In this document: positions 49,251 to 59,368 of the stretch, piece by piece
Position numbering within the stretch: the first letter of the stretch is position 1
Layout: every line of letters starts with the position of its first letter
Origin: an uncultured Gemmatimonadales bacterium
Lineage (GTDB): Bacteria > Gemmatimonadota > Gemmatimonadetes > Gemmatimonadales > GWC2-71-9
Length of the DNA stretch: 64,000 nt
Assembly: GCA_963842945.1 (NCBI GenBank)
Contig: CAWJIM010000019.1
Coordinates: 640,001 to 704,000 of the forward strand
Direction of reading: 5' to 3'
Notes under the pieces: model-generated
What the model saw: the letters and a program-made list of their open reading frames with translations, nothing else
Databases searched by the model: none
What the model was told of the DNA's origin: nothing
Program-made: the position numbers and the translations under genes

Positions 49251-50231
49251 TCAACCTTTCGTCGTCACTTCTGAATGATCGCCCAGTGACGCCGTTCCGC
49301 GGTAGCCCTCCAGCACCACGTGATTCCCGAGCAGGGCGCCGTCGAGCGCGGAGTCGGCGATGGACGCGTCCCGGCCGACGATCGTGTTGCGCAGCCTGCT
49401 GCCGCGCACCTTGGTGCCGCGCTCGAGGGAGACGTTGGGCCCGATCTCGCTCCGCTCCACGGTGACGCCGTCCTCGATGTACACCGGATCGTGGATGGTG
49501 ACGCCGGGAAAGTCCACCCGCCGCGCGGCGCCTTTCCGCAGCAGCGTCTCGTTGGTCTCCAGCAGCGCGCCCGGTGCCCCGCAGTCGTACCAGCCGCCCA
49601 CCTCCGCGGTCAGGATGCGCTTGCCGTGCTCGATCATCCACTGGAAGGCGTCGGTGAGGAAGTATTCGCCCTTGTTCTTCGGGCTGGCGAGCACGTGGTC
49701 GATCCCCTGCCACAGGCTGTCCACCGCCCGGATGTAGTAGAGCCCGATGTTGGCGAGCTTGGAGATGGGCGTGCTCGGCTTCTCGACGATGCGGGTCATG
49801 TAGCCCTCGTCGTCGGTCACCACCACGCCGAAGCGTTGGTAGTCTTCCACCTCCTTGGCCCAGATGATCCCGTCGGCGTCGGTACGGTTGATCAGGGTGA
49901 GATCCGCCTCGAACACCGTGTCCACGAAGATGATCAGCACCGGCTCGCGCACGTGAGGGCGGGCGAGGTTGACCGCGCCGGCGGTGCCGTCCTGCACCTT
50001 CTGCTCGATGAAGCGGGACGGGATCGGGTAGCGGGCGCGGGCATAGGCCTCGACCTGCTCCTTGAGATGTCCGGTGATGAAGATCAGCTCGCTCACGTCC
50101 AGACCATCGAGCCGATCCATCACCCAGTCCATCACCGGCCGGCCCGCCACCTTCAGCAGGGGCTTGGGCACGAGATGGGTATGCGGACGGAGCCGGGTGC
50201 CCTTCCCCGCGAGCGGAATGATCACCTGCAT
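49251..50231 (-). CDS. Sugar-phosphate nucleotidyltransferase with LbH tail
   Basis: AGKGTRLRPHT..PKPLL, RFGVV, VEKP, WYDCG. Confidence 0.88.
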   Translation of the reverse strand: MQVIIPLAGKGTRLRPHTHLVPKPLLKVAGRPVMDWVMDRLDGLDVSELIFITGHLKEQVEAYARARYPIPSRFIEQKVQDGTAGAVNLARPHVREPVLIIFVDTVFEADLTLINRTDADGIIWAKEVEDYQRFGVVVTDDEGYMTRIVEKPSTPISKLANIGLYYIRAVDSLWQGIDHVLASPKNKGEYFLTDAFQWMIEHGKRILTAEVGGWYDCGAPGALLETNETLLRKGAARRVDFPGVTIHDPVYIEDGVTVERSEIGPNVSLERGTKVRGSRLRNTIVGRDASIADSALDGALLGNHVVLEGYRGTASLGDHSEVTTKG

Positions 50232-50232
50232 G

Positions 50233-50583
50233 TCAGCCTCGGCCGTAGCGGTCCTGGAGACGCACCAGATCGTCGAGCTCGGGCGTCGATGCCTCGAGCA
50301 CGTCGCTGTCCTCGACGGCTTCGATCTGGTGCACGAGTCCTGGTGGAATGTGTGCGCTCTCGCCCGCCCGGAAGCGCCGTTCCTCCAGCGCATCGGCCGG
50401 CCCGGTGCGCAGGATCAGCTCGCCCCGGAAGACGTGCATCGTCTCGTCCTTGCGGTTGTGGTACTGGAGACTAAGCACATGCCCGGCGCGCACGTGGAGC
50501 ACCTTGCCCACGTAGCGGTCGGTGCGGGCCCAGATCAGCTCGTATCCCCACGGCTTCTCGACTCGGTACGGGACCTCGGCCAC
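50233..50583 (-). CDS. Cupin protein (mannose-6-phosphate isomerase type II-like)
   Basis: VEKPWGYE, LSLQYH..KDET, STPELDDLVRLQDRYGR. Confidence 0.85.
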   Translation of the reverse strand: MAEVPYRVEKPWGYELIWARTDRYVGKVLHVRAGHVLSLQYHNRKDETMHVFRGELILRTGPADALEERRFRAGESAHIPPGLVHQIEAVEDSDVLEASTPELDDLVRLQDRYGRG

Positions 50584-50794
50584 TCGATCTCCACGCGGGT
50601 GTGAGGGTGCGGTAATATAGGCGTGCCTTCGACATACACCCACCGCGATGATTCCCGAGTGGCCGCTGGCGGCCGTGGAGTTGCGCAGTATGGAAGGGGT
50701 GCGGCCTGCCGGCGGCCTCCCCCGCCTGGCCATCGGCTTGGCGTAGGCGTTACACGGCTGAAACCTTCTTTTAGCCTGTATCGTACCGGCGGTA

Positions 50795-50822
50795 TTGACG
50801 AAACGTAGGTCTCTCATACATT
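50795..50822 (+). promoter_or_regulatory. Candidate sigma70 promoter of the lrp-eamA operon
   Basis: TTGACG-N16-TACATT in an AT-rich spacer. Confidence 0.45.
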
Positions 50823-50848
50823 CGACTTACGACTTGGGAGATAGCGTC

Positions 50849-51325
50849 ATGACCGCCCCCGCTCTCGATCACATCTCGCGCCGCATCCTCCAGCTGCTCG
50901 CCGCCGACGGCCGCACCAGCTACCAGGCCATCGCCGACGAGATCGGCCTCTCGCGGCCGGCGGTCATGGAGCGGGTCAAGCGCCTCGAGGAGGCCGGCTT
51001 CATCCGCGGTTACCACGCCTCGCTCGACCGGTCGAAGTGCGGTCTCCCTGTCACCGCGTTCGTGGCCATCCGCTACCCCGTCTCCGAGCACGCCGGCGAC
51101 GATCCGCAGATCCAGGCCCTCGCCGCCAACCCCCACGTGCTCGAGTGCCACCATGTGGCGGGCGACGACTGCTATGTGCTGAAGGTGGCCGCGCCCTCCA
51201 TCGAGAGCCTCGAGGGCGTGCTGCGCGAGATCAAGCGGCCCGGCCACCCGGTGAGCACCCGCACCACCATCGTGCTCTCCACCGTGTTCGAGAAGACCGG
51301 CCTCGCGCCGGTGGAGGCGGACTGA
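50849..51325 (+). CDS. Lrp/AsnC family regulator
   Basis: LDHISRRILQLL..DGR, GLSRPAVMERVKRLEEAG, ECHHVAGDDCYVLKV. Confidence 0.92.
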   Translation: MTAPALDHISRRILQLLAADGRTSYQAIADEIGLSRPAVMERVKRLEEAGFIRGYHASLDRSKCGLPVTAFVAIRYPVSEHAGDDPQIQALAANPHVLECHHVAGDDCYVLKVAAPSIESLEGVLREIKRPGHPVSTRTTIVLSTVFEKTGLAPVEAD

Positions 51326-52278
51326 TGGCGGGGCTTCGCGGTAAGGCGCTGGTCGCCTATCTCCTCGTCTGCACGGTCTGGGGCTCCACCTACCTCGCCA
51401 TCCGCGTCGGGGTGATGCACCTGCCGCCCGTGCTCTTCGCGGGGGTGCGCTTCCTGGTCGCGGGCCTGATCCTCGCCGGCATCGTGCTGGCCACGGGAGA
51501 CCGGCTCCCCCGCCGCCTGCGGGACTGGCGGGTGAACGCGATCACCGGAGTATTCCTCCTGCTCGGCGGGAACGCCGTGGTGGTGTGGGCGGAGCAGCAC
51601 GTGGAGTCCGGCGCAGCCAGCGTGTTCGTCGCGGCCGTGCCGCTCTGGGCCGCGTTCTTCGACGCGCTCTGGCCCGGTGGTACCACCGTCTTCACCTGGC
51701 GGGTCGGCGTCGGGCTCGCGCTCGGCTTTCTCGGCAGCGCGCTCCTCGCGGGGGTGACGCCGGGGGAGCTGATGAGCGCCGACCTCGCGGGTCCGGTGGC
51801 CCTCACCCTCGCCAGTGCGTCCTGGGCGCTCGGCACCGTGTACTCCAAGCGCAACCCGACGGAGACGTCGCCCTACGCCGCGTCCGCCGTGCAGATGCTC
51901 GCCGGAGGACTGGTGATCTCGCTGTTGGGCCTCGTGCTCGGCGAAGCGGGCCAGTGGCGCTGGTCCGCGGAGGGCCTGGGCGCCCTGGCGTATCTGGTGG
52001 TGTTCGGCTCCATCGTCGGGTTTACGTCCTACGCCTATGCGCTGCGCCACGCTTCGGCGACCATCGTCGGCACCTACGCCTACGTGAACCCGGTCGTGGC
52101 GGTGCTGCTCGGCTGGCTGATCCTGCACGAGGAGATCACGGCGCGGACCATCGGCGCGATGGTGCTGATCCTCGGCGCCGTCCTCATGATCCAGCTCGCG
52201 CCCGGAGCGCACGGGAAGGCGAAGGCTCCGGCCGAGCGCGCGGCGGGTCCCGGTCGTCACGAGAGGGCCCGGGCATGA
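51325..52278 (+). CDS. EamA/DMT transporter (YedA-like)
   Basis: VWGSTYLAIR, YLVVFGSIVGF, YAYVNPVVAVLLG. Confidence 0.9.
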   Translation: MAGLRGKALVAYLLVCTVWGSTYLAIRVGVMHLPPVLFAGVRFLVAGLILAGIVLATGDRLPRRLRDWRVNAITGVFLLLGGNAVVVWAEQHVESGAASVFVAAVPLWAAFFDALWPGGTTVFTWRVGVGLALGFLGSALLAGVTPGELMSADLAGPVALTLASASWALGTVYSKRNPTETSPYAASAVQMLAGGLVISLLGLVLGEAGQWRWSAEGLGALAYLVVFGSIVGFTSYAYALRHASATIVGTYAYVNPVVAVLLGWLILHEEITARTIGAMVLILGAVLMIQLAPGAHGKAKAPAERAAGPGRHERARA

Positions 52279-52715
52279 GCGGCGCAACCCCGCCCCGGCT
52301 GGTCGCGCAGTTCGAGAGCTGCACGCTGCCCAAGGAGGAGTGGACCCATCAGGCGCACCTGACGGTGGGCCTGTGGTACGCCTCGCGCCTGCCGTACCAG
52401 GAGGCGCTCGTCGCGGTGCGCGAGGGCATCCTGCGACTGAACGCGGCGCACGGCGTGCCCACCACGCCCACGCGCGGCTACCACGAGACCATCACGCGCT
52501 TCTACCTGCGCGTGCTCTGCGACTATGTGGCGAGCGAGGAGGAGCGGCCGATGGGAAGCTGGCCGGAGCGGGTGGCCCGGCTGCTGTCGCGCTACGGCGA
52601 CCGGGAGCTCCCGCTCCGGCACTACACGAAGGACCTGCTGATGTCGTCCGAGGCGAGGTTCGGCTGGGTGGAGCCGGATCTCCTGCCCCTGGGCCCGGAG
52701 GTGGTCAGCCGCTGA
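52275..52715 (+). CDS. Conserved hypothetical protein
   Basis: FESCTLPKEEWTHQAHL, GYHETIT, ARFGWVEPDL; ATGA-coupled. Confidence 0.7.
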   Translation: MSGATPPRLVAQFESCTLPKEEWTHQAHLTVGLWYASRLPYQEALVAVREGILRLNAAHGVPTTPTRGYHETITRFYLRVLCDYVASEEERPMGSWPERVARLLSRYGDRELPLRHYTKDLLMSSEARFGWVEPDLLPLGPEVVSR

Positions 52716-53241
52716 TCAGGTGCCGTCGGAGCTTGGTCATCCGGCGCCGAACAGAGCCGTCGTGGATGCGCTCGCCGATCCGCACCACCGTGCCGCCGAG
52801 GATCTCGGGGTCCACGCGGAACGCCGCGATGACCTCCTTGCCCAGCTCACGGCTCAGGGCGTCCTGAATCTCGCGCTGGAGCGCGGGATCGGCCGGATGC
52901 GCCAGGGTGACGCCGGCGCGGATGCGGTTGTGCTTGATATCGAGCAGCGTCTGGTACTCCCCGGAGATCTCGCGGAGGAACCGGTGCCGCCCCCGCTTCA
53001 ACAGCGCCTGGAGAAACAGCACGAACTCGCGCGGCGCACCCTTGAGCGCGGCGCCGAGCAGCCGGATCTTCTCCGCCTTCGGCACCCGCGGGGACATGAG
53101 GACGCTCTGCACCTCGGGCGTGGTCTCCACCGCGCCCGCCAAGGCGTCGAGCAGCTCCGCGTACCGATCCGCGTTGCCGCTCCGCTCGCCGAGCTCGAAC
53201 AGCGCCTCGGCGTAGTTGCGGGCGATCGTCGTCGCGCTCAC
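52705..53241 (-). CDS. atpH: ATP synthase F1 delta subunit
   Basis: IARNYAEALF, VDPEILGG...DGSVR. Confidence 0.93.
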   Translation of the reverse strand: MSATTIARNYAEALFELGERSGNADRYAELLDALAGAVETTPEVQSVLMSPRVPKAEKIRLLGAALKGAPREFVLFLQALLKRGRHRFLREISGEYQTLLDIKHNRIRAGVTLAHPADPALQREIQDALSRELGKEVIAAFRVDPEILGGTVVRIGERIHDGSVRRRMTKLRRHLISG

Positions 53242-53786
53242 CGCTTCTCGTCCAGGGTGGCGAGGAACTCGAGCACCAGCTTGCGGTCGGTCTCACCGTC
53301 GAGGCGCTTCTCGATCAGCCGGGAGGCTGCGGCGAGGGAGAGATCCACCGCCTCGCGTCGAAGCTCCTCCACCGCGCGGTCGCGCTCCGCGCCGATCTCG
53401 CGCCGGGCCCGGGCCAGCAGATCCTCCTGCTCCTGCCGGGTCTTCTCCATCGCCAGCGCGCGCTCCTTTTCCGCGATCCCGCGGGCTTCCACGATCATGC
53501 CGTGCGCCCGGGACTGGGCGTCGGCGATCAGCTTCTGGTGCTCGGCCAGGAGCGCGGCCGCCTGCTCCCGGTCGCGCGCGGCCTCGGCGAGCTGGCGCTC
53601 GAGCGCCTGTTCCCGCGCCTCCACGGCGCCCAGAATCGCCGGCCAGGCGAACCGCTTCAGGATCAGGAGCAGCAGCAGGAAGATGAAGACGGTCCAGACC
53701 ATCAGCCCGCCGTCGACGGTGAGTGGGCCGGACGCGTGCTCTTGGGCCGCGGGGGCGTGTTCCTGGATGGCGAGCAGTGTCAGCAT
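53238..53786 (-). CDS. atpF: ATP synthase F0 b subunit
   Basis: GLMVWT..F..LL.ILKRFAWPAIL..RE, followed by coiled coil. Confidence 0.93.
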   Translation of the reverse strand: MLTLLAIQEHAPAAQEHASGPLTVDGGLMVWTVFIFLLLLLILKRFAWPAILGAVEAREQALERQLAEAARDREQAAALLAEHQKLIADAQSRAHGMIVEARGIAEKERALAMEKTRQEQEDLLARARREIGAERDRAVEELRREAVDLSLAAASRLIEKRLDGETDRKLVLEFLATLDEKR

Positions 53787-53802
53787 GCGAGCTCCGACGA
53801 GG

Positions 53803-53891
53803 AGCTATCAGCTTCAGCGATCAGCCATCAGTCAAGCACACCTCGCCCCCGGTGTGCCTGGCTGATAGCTGATATCTGATAGTTGACGGCT
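53803..53891. repeat. Inverted arrays of degenerate AGCTATC heptamers forming a long hairpin between atpE and atpF
   Basis: AGCTATC AGCTTC AGCGATC AGCCATC AGTCAAG CACACC / GGTGTG CCTGGCT GATAGCT GATATCT GATAGTT GACGGCT. Confidence 0.75.
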
Positions 53892-54167
53892 CAGTACGTG
53901 ATTTTCCCCTGAATCAGGAACGCGATCACCGCCACGAACAGCGCCACGCCTTCCACCAGCGCGGCCGCGATGATCATCGCCGTCTGGATCCGTGCCGTGG
54001 CGTCGGGCTGCCGGGCGATGCCCTCGGTCGCCCGTCCACCGATCTGGCCGATGCCGATGCCTGCGCCCACGACGGCGAGTCCGGCGGCGAGACCGGCGCC
54101 GATGAGGCCGTAGCCCTTGTCGGCCCCGGCCGAGGCGGCCTGAAGCATGCGGAAGAATGTCCAGCAT
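53891..54167 (-). CDS. atpE: ATP synthase F0 c subunit (start 54167 with a 1-nt indel, or 54148)
   Basis: GAGIGIG, IARQP, AALVEG; GAGGAG RBS precedes 54167. Confidence 0.93.
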
Positions 54168-54365
54168 GTGTTGCTCCTCAGCTCAACGGAAGATCCGGAG
54201 TCGGTTGCGCCCGCCGCGCGTGGATCGCCTCTCCCGGAGCGATCTCGCCTCGGTGACCCGCCGGCGCCCGCCGGCTCGAGGCCGGTGAGCAGCGGGCATC
54301 GTCCGCCGGACGGCGGACTACTTCGCCGACGCCGCGCGGGCGCGCGGGGCGTCGGGGTGACGTCT

Positions 54366-55367
54366 CTAGTGCTCCGCCCGCATCAGCCCGATGAACACGC
54401 TGGTGAGCAGCGTGAACACGAAGGCCTGCAGGAACGCCACGAACAACTCCAGGATCATGACACCGGTCGCGAGCACCGAGGCGCCGAGCCCGACCGCGTA
54501 GCTCTTGAACAGGAAGGTGAGCCCGATCAGCGCCAGCACCAGCACGTGCCCCGAGGTCATGTTGGCGAAGAGCCGGACCGCCAGGGCGAACGGCTTCGCC
54601 AGCTTGCCGATCAGCTCGATCGGCGTCATGACCGCCAGCAGCACCACCTTGAGGATGGTGCCGCCGATGCCGCCCGGCAGGCCGGACGGCAGATAGAAGA
54701 TGGTCTTCAGGTATCCCTTCGGGCCCAACGTCCGCATGCCGGTCACTTCGATCACCAGGAACGCCATCACCGCGAGTGCCGCGGTCACCGCGATGTTGCC
54801 GGTCGCGGTGGCGCCCCAGGGCAGCAGGCCCAGCAGGTTCATCGCCAGGATGAAGAAGAACAGCGTCAGCAGGTACGGCGCGTATCCTTCACCGTGGTGG
54901 CCCACGTTGGGCAGCACCACCTCCTGCCGGATGTAGAGCGCCAGCGCCTCCATCGAGCCGGCGAATCCCTTGGCCGGCCGGCCCCGCGCCTGCTCCCGCG
55001 CGATGGTGCGCGCGCTCAGCAGGAAGACCAGCGCCACCAGGATCGCCGCGAGCAGCATGTAGACCAGGTGCTTGGTGGGCGAGAGATCGAGGGTGATCCC
55101 GCCGAGGTGAATCGGCTCCCACCGGGGCAGGTGCACCAGACCGAACGGGGTTTCGAGCTCGTGCGAGTTCCCGATGTGGTGCACGATGTCGATCTGGTTC
55201 TCGGACGCCTCCTGCTGCGACGTCGGCGCGACCTCGTCGCGAGCCACATCCGCGGTGGTGCCGTGCTCCTGTGCAGCCAGGCTCCCGCCCGCACCTAGCG
55301 CTGCCAGCATGAGCGCCACAGCGACCATGGTACGGAGTGAAGTGAGGGACCGTCCGAAACCCGTCAT
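54366..55367 (-). CDS. atpB: ATP synthase F0 a subunit
   Basis: NLLGLLP, TGNIAVT, KPFALAVRLFANM, LELFVAFLQAFVF. Confidence 0.95.
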   Translation of the reverse strand: MTGFGRSLTSLRTMVAVALMLAALGAGGSLAAQEHGTTADVARDEVAPTSQQEASENQIDIVHHIGNSHELETPFGLVHLPRWEPIHLGGITLDLSPTKHLVYMLLAAILVALVFLLSARTIAREQARGRPAKGFAGSMEALALYIRQEVVLPNVGHHGEGYAPYLLTLFFFILAMNLLGLLPWGATATGNIAVTAALAVMAFLVIEVTGMRTLGPKGYLKTIFYLPSGLPGGIGGTILKVVLLAVMTPIELIGKLAKPFALAVRLFANMTSGHVLVLALIGLTFLFKSYAVGLGASVLATGVMILELFVAFLQAFVFTLLTSVFIGLMRAEH

Positions 55368-55732
55368 CGCTCGCCTTTCCGCGAGTATTCTCCCATTGCC
55401 ACCACCCCCTCCACCAGCAGCAGCCCGACCAGCACACTCACCATCGTCACCAGCATGGGCGAGGCCAGTCGGTCCGGTGTCCCCATCAGCGCGAAGGCGG
55501 CCACGGCCAGCACTCCGAAGCGCGCCAGCATCCCCAGGCCCCACACCAGGAAGAACTGCTCGGTGCCGATCGCCTTGAGGGTCCACCAACCGAGGGGCGC
55601 CTGAAGCAGCAGGCCGGCGCCGAGCCCCCACACGATACCGCCGCGCCACTCCGAGGGCGAGGCGGCCATGGCCACCAGTCCGCCGGCGCCCACCGCCGCC
55701 ACGCCGGCGACGTAGCGGCCGGCGCGGGTCAC
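55364..55732 (-). CDS. AtpI-like membrane protein
   Basis: Four TM helices between atpZ and atpB, coupled at both ends. Confidence 0.65.
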   Translation of the reverse strand: MTRAGRYVAGVAAVGAGGLVAMAASPSEWRGGIVWGLGAGLLLQAPLGWWTLKAIGTEQFFLVWGLGMLARFGVLAVAAFALMGTPDRLASPMLVTMVSVLVGLLLVEGVVAMGEYSRKGER

Positions 55733-55959
55733 TTCTCGCCGCCGTCTTTCCTGGTGAGCGTCCGGATCAGGGAGTACATGGTCCCGCCGAAACCCAGGAA
55801 GGCCGCGACCATCGTGATGATGCCCCCGGTGCCGAGCTTGCGATCGACCCACTGGCCGGCCAGGACACAGACCACGAGGATCACGGCCAGCTGCACGCCG
55901 AGCCCCGCGTAACGCATCGGCCCGGGCGCCTTTTGGCCGCCCGGATCAGGGTTGGTCAC
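55729..55959 (-). CDS. AtpZ/AtpI family protein
   Basis: YAGLGVQLA...GQWVDRKLGT. Confidence 0.85.
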   Translation of the reverse strand: MTNPDPGGQKAPGPMRYAGLGVQLAVILVVCVLAGQWVDRKLGTGGIITMVAAFLGFGGTMYSLIRTLTRKDGGEK

Positions 55960-55965
55960 GGGGCA

Positions 55966-55994
55966 AACCTATCGGCTTGTGAAAAATTTCGCAA
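55966..55994 (-). promoter_or_regulatory. sigma70 promoter of the atp operon (leaderless)
   Basis: TTGCGA-N17-TAGGTT, 6 nt before the GTG. Confidence 0.6.
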
Positions 55995-56044
55995 GGAAAG
56001 GAGAGCGGGCGGTACGGCGGTACGACGACGCTCGGTGGACGGCG

Positions 56045-56136
56045 CTGTCATCCCGAGGAGCGCAAGCGACGAGGATCTTCTCGACCCGGTCACCGATGAC
56101 CGTCGAGAAGATCCCTCGCTTCGCTCGGGATGACAG
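56045..56136. repeat. REP-like doublet nested inside inverted GGCGGTAS octamer arrays (56008-56178)
   Basis: CTGTCATCCCGAGGAGCGCAAGCGACGAGGATCTTCTCGAC ... GTCGAGAAGATCCCTCGCTTCGCTCGGGATGACAG. Confidence 0.9.
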
Positions 56137-56206
56137 GTTAGGCTCGGTCCCCCTCACCGCCCTACCGCCCTACCGCCCTCCCCCACCACCCGGGTAATCT
56201 CAATCA

Positions 56207-57221
<1,015 letters not shown>

Positions 57222-57247
57222 GGCGAGAAGAGTGACGCGTGAAAAGT

Positions 57248-57286
57248 GAAAGGGGAAGAGGAGGGTGACCCTCCTCTTCCCCTTTC
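57248..57286. terminator. 18-bp perfect hairpin between convergent genes
   Basis: GAAAGGGGAAGAGGAGGG-TGA-CCCTCCTCTTCCCCTTTC. Confidence 0.7.
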
Positions 57287-57303
57287 GACCTTTCAGCCGG
57301 CGG

Positions 57304-58389
57304 TTACGCCACCGGGACGATCGGGTCCAGCAGATCCTCGAAGAAGTCGAACCCGCCGAGGAACACCAGATAGATCTCCTGGAGCGAGTGCAGCTCCTCC
57401 TCGCTCAGCGGCTCGCCGTCGGCGCCGGTGATCACCGGCTCAGCGCCCTGGGTCACGGTGATGGTCGCGAACGGATCGCCGTTCACCTCGACGTTGTAGG
57501 TCCCGGCATTGTCGGCCCAGTTGCCGACGATCGTCACCGTGCCGTGCGGGCCGCGCAGCTCCAGGCTCGAGGACACGGCGCTGGTGTTCATGTTCCACTC
57601 TTCCTCGAGGTCCATCCGGAAGTTGCCGCGGGTCGGCACGCTGAGCGCGTAGTCGAACGTGATGATGTTTTCGGAATTGAGGTGCATGTCGAGATCGAAA
57701 TTGACCCGGTCCTCACCGTTGCTCACGAACCCGGAGACGTTGATGGTGGCCGCAGTCTGGCTGGCTGTGGCGCCAACCGTGTAGTCGAGGTAGGTCACGT
57801 TGCCCGAGACCAGCTCGATCCTGATGCTGGCGGAATTCGTGGTCTGAGTGACCTCGACGTCGGCGTACCCGACTTCCTGCAGCGGCGTGACCGGCTGGCC
57901 GCTGATCGGATTCACCGTGTACACGATGAACCGCACCCCGTTCGAGGGCGCGCCGGTCCGGTCCGAGACCTCGTACTCCAGGGTCTCGGCGTTGCGGACG
58001 AAGGTCTTGCCGAGATGCTCCTCGAGAATCGCCGCCCGGCTCCCGACCGGCCGCATGCCGGCGGTCGGCACGGTGTAGAGGCGGGCAAGGGTGCTGGCAT
58101 ACTCCCGCGCGCCCGACTTGCCGGTCGCCATGATCTTGCTCGGCGCGGCGCGAAGGGCGACCGCCGCCGACGACTCGCCCAGCGTGGTGCTGATCGCCGG
58201 CATGGCGCTCTGGAAGCCGTACATCGCGTCGCTCTCGTACGAGGCCTCGATCGCGTCGATGTCGGACGAGGTCCCCGCCGGATCGAACGGCGCGTCGGGA
58301 GCGGTGGAGTCGTTCCCACCGCAGCCGGTCATGAGGCCGATCAGGGCCACGACCGCGAGGGGTCGCATTGCGTAATGCGGGACACGCAT
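57304..58389 (-). CDS. Hypothetical acidic beta-rich lipoprotein
   Basis: GGAGG RBS; LIGLMTGC lipobox. Confidence 0.75.
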   Translation of the reverse strand: MRVPHYAMRPLAVVALIGLMTGCGGNDSTAPDAPFDPAGTSSDIDAIEASYESDAMYGFQSAMPAISTTLGESSAAVALRAAPSKIMATGKSGAREYASTLARLYTVPTAGMRPVGSRAAILEEHLGKTFVRNAETLEYEVSDRTGAPSNGVRFIVYTVNPISGQPVTPLQEVGYADVEVTQTTNSASIRIELVSGNVTYLDYTVGATASQTAATINVSGFVSNGEDRVNFDLDMHLNSENIITFDYALSVPTRGNFRMDLEEEWNMNTSAVSSSLELRGPHGTVTIVGNWADNAGTYNVEVNGDPFATITVTQGAEPVITGADGEPLSEEELHSLQEIYLVFLGGFDFFEDLLDPIVPVA

Positions 58390-58521
58390 GGGGTATCGCC
58401 TCCGTACGTCGGGTGCAGGGATTGGGTCCGAAGCTGCCGTCGCAGGCCCACTTGCACGACCGGTGCAGGCGGGTGCGCGGGCTCGAGGTCGGCCCGGATT
58501 TCGGCCGGCCGGGAGGCGAGG

Positions 58522-58537
58522 GGCAACGGCCGTGCCG
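58522..58537 (-). promoter_or_regulatory. Candidate sigma54 promoter of the lipoprotein gene
   Basis: Minus strand CGGCACGGCCGTTGCC (GGCACG-N4-TTGC). Confidence 0.55.
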
Positions 58538-58547
58538 AAAGGGAGGG

Positions 58548-58676
58548 TTACTTCTTGGTCACCGGGAGGCCGGCCTCGTTCCAGGCCGTCCAGCCTCCCA
58601 GCAAGGCCCTGGCCTTCTTCCATCCTGCCTGACGGAGCTCTCGCGCCACCCGGGCGCTTGTGGCTTCGTCCTTTCA
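58548..58676 (-). pseudogene. C-terminal half of a rhodanese-like gene beginning at an in-frame TGA
   Basis: (TGA)KDEATSARVARELRQAGWKKARALLGGWTAWNEAGLPVTKK*; absent from the ORF track. Confidence 0.7.
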
Positions 58677-59368
58677 AATAGATGTTCCCAAACCACAAGG
58701 ATCGGTACGGGGTAAGTCGGTACGCTTCCGTTAGTTTCCGACAATGAACCGCGCTTCGGTCGAGACCGTTTCCTGTGCAAGCAACGGAGTAGCGGAGAGC
58801 AGCGGGCAGAACACCAGCAAGCTGGTTGATCTCACTAGCACTCCCGTTTGGGCGGTTGGCCTACACTGCTCCTGCCACCTTCGTGGGAACTAGGCGGGGT
58901 GACGTCGTTTGTGGCGCCCTGGAGCAAGGTGGACTTTCAGCCACGAACGGTCGCGGGACTCACGAGATGTCGCGGGGCGACCGGCCCATCGCGGCGATGG
59001 ACCGGGCGGACCGACTGATGCTTGGAGCAGTAGCGGGGATCACGACCCAAACGTAGACGCCGTTCCACTTCTACGATGTGGCGGCCCAGAGGATGGGGGT
59101 GCGGGAGGCGCGTCAAGTGCCCGAGCGAAGCGTCCCCGCGTTATCTCTAGAGCTTACCCTTGTTTCTGTACCAGCTACTTCGGGCGGCCCGAAGACTTAC
59201 GAGTTCACCGTGATGCAAGGGAGAGTGGAGTTCCTTAACGAGAAACCGTTTTAGCCCTTAGCTGGCATTCAGCTCGAACCCACAGCGGAATCTACGGACC
59301 GAGGGTCCAATGGGGTCTGGGAGTTTCATGATTGCCCTCCCTACCGGGTATCACCCGGCATTTCGGCC

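Noticed and set aside
18255..56136. Repeats of about 30 bp as a CRISPR array
   Set aside because: The copies are inverted and dispersed rather than tandem direct repeats with spacers, and there are no cas genes.
58700..59330. Short ORFs, tRNA, riboswitch or transposon end in the island-edge spacer
   Set aside because: No recognisable motif, cloverleaf or terminal inverted repeat by eye; an Rfam and IS search would be needed.
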